Below, one piece after another: positions 55,335-64,000 of a DNA stretch of 64,000 nt. The notes under the pieces were generated by a model, which worked only from the letters and a program-made list of their open reading frames with translations, did no database searches and was not told the DNA's origin. Numbering within the stretch: position 1 is the stretch's first letter; every line of letters starts with the position of its first letter. Origin of the DNA: Lama guanicoe (Eukaryota); NCBI GenBank assembly GCA_013239625.1, contig MU053758.1, forward strand, positions 3,163,854 to 3,227,853, in the 5' to 3' direction. Position numbers and translations under genes: made by a program.

Positions 55335-56829
55335 TGGAAGGGTTGTTGATGGGGGGAGGTATTGTTTGAGAAGGGGGCGGGGAATAACATGCCAGAATCC
55401 AGGCCCTCCCCTATAGAGAATCATTGTTTAAGTCAGTGTCTGATGGTGGCCACTGGGGCCCAGGGTCCACTACTTGGAAGAATTTAAAAAAGATCTTGCA
55501 ATAATATGTGTCCTAAGAGGCCACTTCTGGTGGATCTGACACCATCCCTCAATCAATTTCAGCCTGGTTGTATTGTCAGACACAAAGACATTATGTTACA
55601 AACACCTACAAAAATAGAACAGAAATCCGCCCATGCAGTGACTGTTCCTCTTCCTTCATGCCTTCCTCTCCCTTCCTGACTTCTTTCCCCGTCACCCTTT
55701 TCCATCCTTCTTTCAATAGTTTCAGTTAACACGTCTGCCCACAGGCTTCCTCTTCTCCACCCTTATCTGTTCGGTCATGCCCCTTTGCCAAATTTTGTTC
55801 AGAGAGAAAATGACTTAGCTTCGTACTTGTCGTGTTTGAATGCTCTAGAATCCCTTCCCACAGCTCAGTCTTCTAATGAAGGTCATTGAGTGAGTTTATG
55901 GGGAGTTAAGAGAAGGGGCATGTGACTGTGTAGGGGTGGAGGCACTTCTGTCCTCCAGGGTTGAGAGTTCATACAAATTGAAGTAAGCACAGAGTGTACA
56001 GACTATTTTTGCTTAAAAAGGTCCTTTGGGACCTCTCTTCCTACCAGACAGGCAATAGCCTCTATTCAGAGAACCCACAGACATATATAACCCAGAGGGT
56101 AACCTGAACAGCAAGGCCCAGCCTCCTGTGTCTCTCTTACCATTGCTAAGTCAATCCACTGGCCATTGCTCTTTGAGTCCCCTCTGCTCTTTGAGTTTGA
56201 CCCCCAGTTTCCTTTGTGTGGTCTCCTGATCACAGAGAAGCTGCAGACCTTTGGTCAGGGAGTCCTAGTGGTAAATTAATAGTTTCGTAAGAAAGGAATA
56301 GGGTATTTTTCTCTTGTCGGCTCAGGGGAAACCCTCACTGTTCATGTCCTCTGTCCTTATCCACCAGGCCTGTGACACAACTTTATACATATGATTCTTA
56401 AATTCCAACACTTATATGTCTGTAGATGAGGCCACAGTTTCCTGATCTGTACAATTGTTAGGTTGGACTCTGTAATTTTCAAGTTGCCTTCAAGCTCTGA
56501 TATTTAGCAGTTTGGTTATTAAGTGCATCACTTCTCAGTCAGATTTAGGACGTGATTTACCTTACACTTAGGAGGGGTGTCCTTCACTAGCGTGCAGGCT
56601 GCGAAAGGTTAGCGCTGGTACTTAAGAACTGGGTGGAGAGTCCTGCTTGTTTGGTAGAAATGGAGCCAAATTAAAGGTTAGAAGTCGGAGGGCCTCCTTC
56701 ACTGGCCTGTGTGTGTCCACCCCAAGGGAAAGCCTGGTAGAGGCAGCTGACGGAAAAAGAGGTGCTTACCTAGGATTTCTTCCAAGGCAGAATTCCACCC
56801 GAGTTACAAGTAAGTGCTCACGATAGCCT

Positions 56830-57322
56830 GTTTCTTATGCCCTGCTTTGTCTTGACCTTATCTGGTCCGGCTTCTGTCTTTCCTACAGGCCCCTGAACCC
56901 TTCTTGTCCTCAAGCTTGAACAAGCACACACAAAAAGTAAAACAGGCCCCCTTCACAACTTCTCCTGGGAATCAGCTGACCACTGTGAGATGCTTTTCCT
57001 GTAAGACCTCCGTGGTCCTTTCTCCTTGTTTGCCCAACTTCCCCTCCAAAGATACTGCTCGTCTCTGCCTGCCTCTTCTTTTACCTTGTAAAAGAAAATC
57101 TGTTTTCTATGTGATTTTGACATGCTTGCAGATTTCTGAGCTCAGAGAAATATCCCTCTTGCAACAATCATCTTTCTCATGAAAGTCTCTCCTTATCCAA
57201 GTCCAGCTTTTTGTTTTTAAATTGAAGTACTGTCAGTTACAATGTGTCGATTTCTGGTGTACAGCACACTGTCCCTGTCATGCATATAATTACATATATT
57301 CTTGGCTTTGTTTTTATTTGAC
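56830..57322 (+). mobile_element. ERV LTR-like element interrupted by a short L1 3' fragment (57218-57303); left boundary uncertain
   Basis: LTR-type 3' end ...tgaaagtctctccttatccaagtccagcttttgttttt[insert]ggctttgtttttatttgaca. Confidence 0.5.
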
Positions 57323-57324
57323 AC

Positions 57325-57835
57325 AATTAGAATTCAGTAATAGAAAGACAACCAGAACAACCTTAATTGGTAAATTAAGATGCATTCTCCTAAACAACTC
57401 TTGGACCAAAGGAAATCAAGCCCAGTATTACAAACCAACTAGAAAAGTAGTGAGAAGAAGAAAACTTCGTACCTGGACTTTTGGGTTCTAGCTAAAATTG
57501 CAGAGGGAAATTTCTAGCCTCTAATGGCTACCTTATTAAAGAAGAGAGACTAACGATGAAGAAACTTGGTATAATTAAAAAAAAAAAGGAACAACAAAAG
57601 AAAGCAGATGGAAAATAAATTAATAAAGATAAAAGCTGAAATTGTTGATGGAAAATAATAAATACGTACAGACACTCAAAAACTGTTCTTTAAAGAGACC
57701 ATTAAAATAGACAACCTCTTTGTGAGCCTGGTTAAGGAAAAGAGAGAGAGATTCAAAACAGACAAGATTAGAAATGGGAAAGGAGACCTGTGGGTCCAGG
57801 AAAGGTTAAAATAATTATAAAAGAGAATCACATAC
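57325..57835 (+). mobile_element. Old L1 ORF2 remnant
   Basis: A-rich decayed text typical of ORF2 after the endonuclease domain (ctcctaaacaactcttggaccaaaggaaatc; gagggaaatttctagc; aaaatagacaacctcttt). Confidence 0.6.
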
Positions 57836-59067
57836 AAGTTCATGGGACACACTCGGAGATAGTTCTAGTACTTAGCCCATAAGTGATCTCTATGCTCATC
57901 AGACCAGTCCCACCAAGGCTCACCCCAGGCACAGGGACAGGGGCAGACTCAGGTAGACAGTCTACCTGCACGGGCCCCGGGGCATGCTGGGAGAGCGGAG
58001 GCACAGGGCTGCCCCCAGGAGAGCGGGGCTGTTGAGAAACCATTGCAGAGCTGTGGGCTCGGATGGGAAGGGCTCACAGGATAAGACAAGTCTGAAAACA
58101 GAGGTTGTAGATCTGGGCCATGCTTGGGAGGGTCGGCTGTGGGCTTAGGACCTAGGAGGCCACCCTATATGGTTACTGTTGTGTGGAGGAAGCCCGTGGG
58201 AATGCCGGCTAAGAAGCCGGATCTTTCCAGGAAGGAAGAAAAGGAACAAGATTCGTCTCTGATGTGGGGCTTGACTAGATAAGCAAAGAACAGGTCCCAG
58301 CAGGCGACTGTTCTCCAATGCTTGTGCCCTGGAGGGAGACAGAGAAACCAGGTGTCTGGAAGCCTGGCATCCTTCCCGCAGTGGTGCTCAACAGCAAGTC
58401 CAGGGTCTCCATTGTCCTTCTGGGTGCGGAGTGGACACAGGCATTTCTAAAAAGGGCTAATGGATGAAGTTTGTGTCCTAACCTGTGACCTCTTCATTGT
58501 TGATGCCTGGGTATTTCTAGAAGCACTTTGACATGGTTAGTCCTGGAGCCAAGGACCCAAACCATGCCCTGTTCTCTTCTTTCTGTGTATCCACAAGTTC
58601 ACCACCATTCAAGCTCTGCCTCCTCTAGAATGCTTGTCTTGCCCCATCCACCAACTCCTAATTTACCAGCTTCCCCTCCTCCCCACACACTTCTTTCTTA
58701 ATTTTTCTTAAAGTTTCTACCACGTGACTTACCACTTGGCTACTCTTTTATTTTTCCTTAAAAATTAAAAAAAATGATATTCATTGTAAAAACACTTAAA
58801 CCTTCATATGGTTTTTCTTTGATGATTTAAAAATTTCACATGCAGTGCATATTTACTTCAGAAAAATTAGAAAATGCATATAAAATGTAGCAGGAATAAA
58901 CATTAGCCATATTTCCACTACCCAAGAATAGTCACTGTTTACACTTATATGTATATTATTTCAAATTTTTAATAAGCATGTCTGTAATTTGTATGTAATT
59001 ACTTTTCTTTCAAAAGTAGGTACTACTGTATGTATTGTCTTGAAACTTTTCATTTCTCAGTTGACGA

Positions 59068-59795
59068 TTTTGTTTTGTGTGTGTGTTTTTAGTTTTTTTT
59101 TAACATTTTTTATTGATTTATAATCATTTTACAATGTTGTGTCAAATTCCAGTGTAGAGCACAATTTTTCAGTTATACATGAACTTATATATATTCATTG
59201 TCATATTTTTTTCTCTGTGAGCGACCATAAGATCTTGTGTATATTTCCCTGTGCTATACAGTATAATCTTGTTTATCTATTCTACAGTTTTGAAATCCCG
59301 TCTATCCCTTCCCACCCTCTGCCCCCTTGGCAACCACAAGTTTGTATTCTATGTCTATGGGTCTGTTTCTGTTTTGTATTTATGCTTTGTTTGTTTGTTT
59401 GTTTTTTTAGATTCCACATATGAGCGATCTCATATGGTATTTTTCTTTGTCTTTCTGGCTTACTTTGCTTAGAATGACATTCTCCAGGAATATCCATGTA
59501 TCTGCAAATGGCGTTATGTTGTCGGTTTTTATGGCTGAGTAGTATTCCATTGTATAAATATACCACATCTTCTTTATCCAATCATCTGTTGATGGACATT
59601 TAGGCTGTTTCCACGTCTTGGCTATTGTAAATAATGCTGCTATGAACATTGGGGTGCAGGTGTCATCCTGAAGTAGGGTTCCTTCTGGGTATATGCCCAA
59701 GAGCAGGATTTCTGGGTTATATGGTAAGTCTATTCCTAGTCTTTTGAGGAATCTCCATACTGTTTTCCACAGTGGCTGCACCAAACTGCATTCCC
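59068..59795 (-). mobile_element. 5'-truncated L1 (ORF2 C-terminus, 3' UTR, A-rich tail)
   Basis: [35 protein letters not shown]...[47 protein letters not shown] tctcagttgacga (59055) / tctcagttgaaga (59796). Confidence 0.92.
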
Positions 59796-60665
59796 TCTCA
59801 GTTGAAGACTGACATCTTTTCAGGTCGATACAGGAACTTGAATATTCTTAATGGCTGCATGACACTCCTCAGGTGGGCTTTGATGGGTGTTTCCTAACAG
59901 TCTGTTGATTCTTCATTGTTGGATATTTTATTTTGCCTAACTTTTCACTATGATAAAACACTGCTGGGAGGAATGGACAGATCACAAATAGCGGATTATT
60001 TTAGAATGAATTCTTAGAAATGGAGCTGCTGGCTCTAAGGATATATTCTTTTCTTAAAAGCTTTTGATACCTATTGTTAAACTGTTCTCATGAAGGTTTT
60101 GCCAATTTACATTCCATCCAGCCAGGCATTAGTGCCTTTTCCCTACACCCCTGCTAAAATGGGTGTTACCATTAAACAAATTGAATCCTCTTTTGATGTC
60201 TTTCTTTGATTACTAGAGACATTGGGCATCTGGCGCTTTTTAATGTTTGTTGGCCATTCATATTTTATGAATTGCTTATGTGTATCAAGTACCCATTTCT
60301 GGTTCCTGTGGTTATCTCTTATTTATAGATCTGTTCATGAATTTATATGTTGGAGACATCAGTCCTTGAACGGCCATAAATAAGAATTAGAGTAAAAACT
60401 CCTGGTACCATGTGGCATTGCTGAAAATTGAGACATAAAGTGATTGGCTGTTGGCTCCCATTCTGCGCCCAACTCCCTAAGAAGATGGCTAAAGCTCATA
60501 TCTTCTGGGGTGAGGAAGGGCTGGGTGGCAGTGGTCAGGGGAGGGGAATTTTGGGAATGGGGACGCTGAGGATAAGTCAGGCCAACTAAACAGGCTGGGG
60601 CTTCCTGGCACTGCTGCTTTCAGCTGGTCCCAGAATCCTCTGTTGATTTTAGACAGAGAAGACAG

Positions 60666-60684
60666 CTGCCAGCAGGTGGCGCCA
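60666..60684 (+). promoter_or_regulatory. Candidate CTCF binding site
   Basis: ctgCCAGCAGGTGGCGCca matches the CTCF core consensus CCASYAGRKGGCRS. Confidence 0.6.
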
Positions 60685-60879
60685 AAATGCAGAGAGGACA
60701 AGATGGAAATTGCAGCGTCCAAATCTGGAGTCCCTTGGCTGCCAGCTGCCCTGATGCCCCTTAGTGCTGGGATGCATTTATACCATCTTTTATAAAGGTT
60801 TAAAATGTTCTTCTTTGATACTTGCTTCTTACTGCATATTCTTTTCTTCATACAGATCTTTCTTTTCATGCTTTTTACT

Positions 60880-63762
60880 TTTTTCTTTAAATTTTTTTAT
60901 TGAGTAATAGTCATTTTACAATGTTGTGTCAAATTCTAGTGTAGAGCACAATGTTTCAGTTATACATGAACATATATATATTCATTGTCACTTTTTTTCA
61001 CTGTAAGATATCACAAGATCTTGTATATATTTATCCCTGTGCTGTATAATCTTGTTTATCTATTTTGCATTTTAAAATCCCAGTCTGTCCCTTCCTACCC
61101 CCCACCCCCTTGGCAACCACAAGTTTGTATTCTATGTCTATGAGTCTGTTTCTTTTCTATATATATATATCTTTTAGATTCCTCATATGAACGATCTGAT
61201 ATGGTATTTTTCTTTCTCTTTCTGGCTTACTTCACTTGGAATGACATTCTCCAGGAATATCCATGTATCTGCAAGTGGTGTTATGTTGTCGGTTTTTGTG
61301 GCTGAATAGTATTCCATCATATAAATATACCACTTCTTCTTCATCCAGTCATCTGTTGATGGACATTTAGGTTGTTTCCATGTCTTGGCTGTTGTAAATA
61401 GTGCTGCTATGAACATTGGGGTGCAGGTGTCATTTTGAAGTAGGATTCCTTCTGGATATATGCCCAGAAGAGGGATTCCTGGGTCCTATGGTAAGTCTAT
61501 TCCTAGTCTTTTGAGGAATCTCCAATACTGTTTTCCACAATGGCTTTCCTTGCTTCCCTCTCCCACTCTTAATGATTCAGATGTCTTCTTTTACAATTTT
61601 GTGTTTATTCTTTTTGTAATTCATGGCAGTTATCTCCTTTCCAGTTATGAGTTTCTCATTTCTGTAGCATCCTGCTTCTTTTCTATTTAGAGTAGACCTG
61701 TGAATATTTCTTTTAGCATGGGTTTAGTGTTGCTAAACTCTTAGATTTTGCTTGTCTGTGAAGTTCTTTATCTCTCCTTCTATTCTGGATAGAGTATCCT
61801 AGGCTGCATCTTTTTTTCATTCAGGACTTTGAATATATCTTGCCACTCCCTTCTGGCCTGTAGTGTTTGTGTAGAGAAATCAGCTGAGAGCCTTATGGGG
61901 GTTCCCTTGTAACTCACTCTTTGTTTTTCTCTTGCTGCCTTTAGGATCATTTCTTTATCCTTGACTCTGGCCATCTTGATTATGGTATGTCTTGGTGTGC
62001 GTCTGCTTGGGTTCTTCCTGTTTGGTACCCTCTGAGCCTCCTGTACTTGGATATCTGATTCCTTTAGGTTTGGGAAGTTTTCAGTCATGATTTCTTCAAA
62101 TATCTTTTCAGTCCCCTTTGTTCTTTCTTCCCCTTCTGGAACCCCTATTATGCGGAGATTGGCACACTTTATCTTATCCCATAGGTCCCTTATATTTTCA
62201 ATTTGCTCTTCTCTCAGCTGTTCTGATTGGGTGCTTTCTGTTGTCCTGTCTTCATGGTCACTTTTTCATTCCTCTGCATTGTCTAGCCTGCTTTGTACAG
62301 CCTTTAGGTCAGCTCTCATCTCAGAAAATGGGTTTACTAATTCAGCTTGGTTCTTCTTTATAGCTTCTGTTTCATTTTTGACATATTTTATATCTCTAAA
62401 CACTATTTCTTTTAGTTCCTTCAGTACTTTGACAAATCCTTTTTTGAAATCTTGATCTAGTAGGCCATCAATGTCTATTTCCTTGATCGTGCTTTCAGGG
62501 GATTTCTCTTGATCTTTTAATTGGGAGTGGTTCCTCTGCTTCTTCATCTTGCTCATATCTCTCTGGTGCTGTGGCTTAAGGAGTATCAGTTATCTAGTTC
62601 TCCTGGAGACGTGTGCTCTTAATGATTTTATCAGGAGGTCTTTGTGTCTTCACCCTGTTTCACATACTCAACTTGCTGTTTGCAGAGGCCCTCCGTTGGC
62701 GCCCTTGTCTGTGCTGCTCCCAGTGGCTGTCAACTAGCAGATTGCACCCCCTCCCAACGCTGGGTCAGGTGCTGAGCTCTTACCCGGTGGGCGGGCAGGT
62801 CACTCCCCGTCCAGATGCCGCAGTCAGCTGCTGGGCTCGGGTGAGGCAGGTGGGCTGATTGTGCCCCCTCCCAGCACCGTGGTCAGGTGTTGCATTCCTG
62901 CCAGGTGGGTGGGGGGCCACCCACCCTCTCCCAGCGCTGGTTGCTCCAATCTCAGGGACCAGGGCAGAAAGATCCTATCTGCCTCGGGCTATAAACAAGT
63001 CTTAGTCCTGCCTAGGAGGTTGCGGAGCCCCCAGGTGTGGATTCAGGTCTCGGCCCCGCCCCTGGCCGGGCGCTGCGCATAGGAGGAGGTGGCGGCTGTG
63101 GCTGCGACCCGCCTCTCTTCTCATGAGAAGCACCAGCAATGGTGGTGTGGTCCGAGGAGACAAAGGCTATGGCGCCCCTCCCCCCAGGGCACACCAGCCA
63201 TGTTGCCTTGCTTTTTTTGCAATTTATGTGGGACTGAGGTTGTCCTGTTCCGTATCCCCTCTGAGCCACGGCGCGCAGCACCCTGTGGTCCCCTGGGGCT
63301 GCCTCAGTGCAGCCTCCCCAGTTGTCTGCCCGGCTCGGCCGCCTGCCCTGGCTCCAGCTGCCGGCTCGCATCTCGGGCTGGGTGTCGTGGGGACCCTTTG
63401 TGCCCGTTTAACTCAGTTCTGTCAGTCAAGGGGTATTCAGGGCAGGTCTGAGCCTCGGAGGCTCCCCCTCCGTCCTGCTGGCCTCTCCGTTGGAGAGGGG
63501 AGCCCCAGCGAACGAACGCCAGTCCTCCTTTGCTGCTCCTTCCCTGCGGGATCGGTCCCGCACTGTTTTGCTTTTTCTTCCTTCTTTTTTCCTTTTCTCC
63601 TACCAGATTTTTGGCATCTTTGTCTTTTGAAGAGGGCGATGTTCTGTCGGAGTTCGGCAGGTGCTCTGGATGGCTGAGTAGGTCTGTAGATGTGAGTTTT
63701 GGTGTATTTGTGGGAGAGGGTGAGCTACAAGCGTCCTTCTACTCTGCCATCTTGCTTCTCTG
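60880..63762 (-). mobile_element. L1 with intact 5' end, decayed ORF1 (62556-61687), and most of ORF2 missing
   Basis: 5' end GAGAAGCAAGATGGCAGAGTAG (YY1 motif); GC-rich 5' UTR; ORF1 MSKMKKQRNHSQLKDQEKSP...ENFPNL...KGTPIRLSADFSTQTLQARREWQDIFKVL with stops and indels; joined at ~61544 to the ORF2 C-terminus ([21 protein letters not shown]), 3' UTR and A-rich tail. Confidence 0.9.
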
Positions 63763-64000
63763 GTTTTTTTATACTCTGCCACTTCTCTGTTTTTTTTTAT
63801 TTTAAATATCCTTCCCCATCCCTCAAATATATACTCTCTCTCTTTTTAAAAAAAATTTGAAGTCTTTGAAGGTTTACTTTCTTACGTTTATGTAATCTCT
63901 GTGGGGTTTATTTGGTGCATGATATGAGGTGGATATTTAACGCTCTCCCCACTCCCGCTCCTTGGTTAACTAATGACTCCAGCAGCCTTTATTGAATAAT

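Noticed and set aside
62549..63805. Cluster of 60-184 aa ORFs
   Set aside because: Falls in the GC-rich L1 5' UTR; I cannot support an ORF0-like product from sequence alone.

Overview
Mammalian genomic DNA, most likely a camelid given the abundant tRNA-Ala-derived SINE resembling Vic-1. The window covers one end of the type I keratin cluster. Three genes lie in tandem on the minus strand: the 5' half of SMARCE1/BAF57 (CpG-island promoter at ~10.0-11.2 kb, non-coding exon 1, coding exons 2-4 and the start of exon 5, running off the left edge), a complete KRT222 (6 exons, 888 nt, 295 aa) and a complete, apparently intact KRT24 (8 exons, 1560 nt, 519 aa). Between KRT222 and KRT24 are a full-length processed FOXH1 pseudogene on the plus strand (intronless, two stops, one frameshift, poly(A) remnant, target-site duplication), a decayed type I keratin helix-termination exon, and an old ~860 bp tandem duplication carrying micro-exon-like sequence. 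The right end holds a strong CTCF motif and an L1 that keeps its 5' UTR and ORF1 but is joined directly to the 3' end of ORF2 at an AG, suggesting a spliced or internally deleted L1. The rest is SINE, L1, LTR, MIR and MER repeats. Gene and repeat names come from sequence recognition and manual translation, not database searches.
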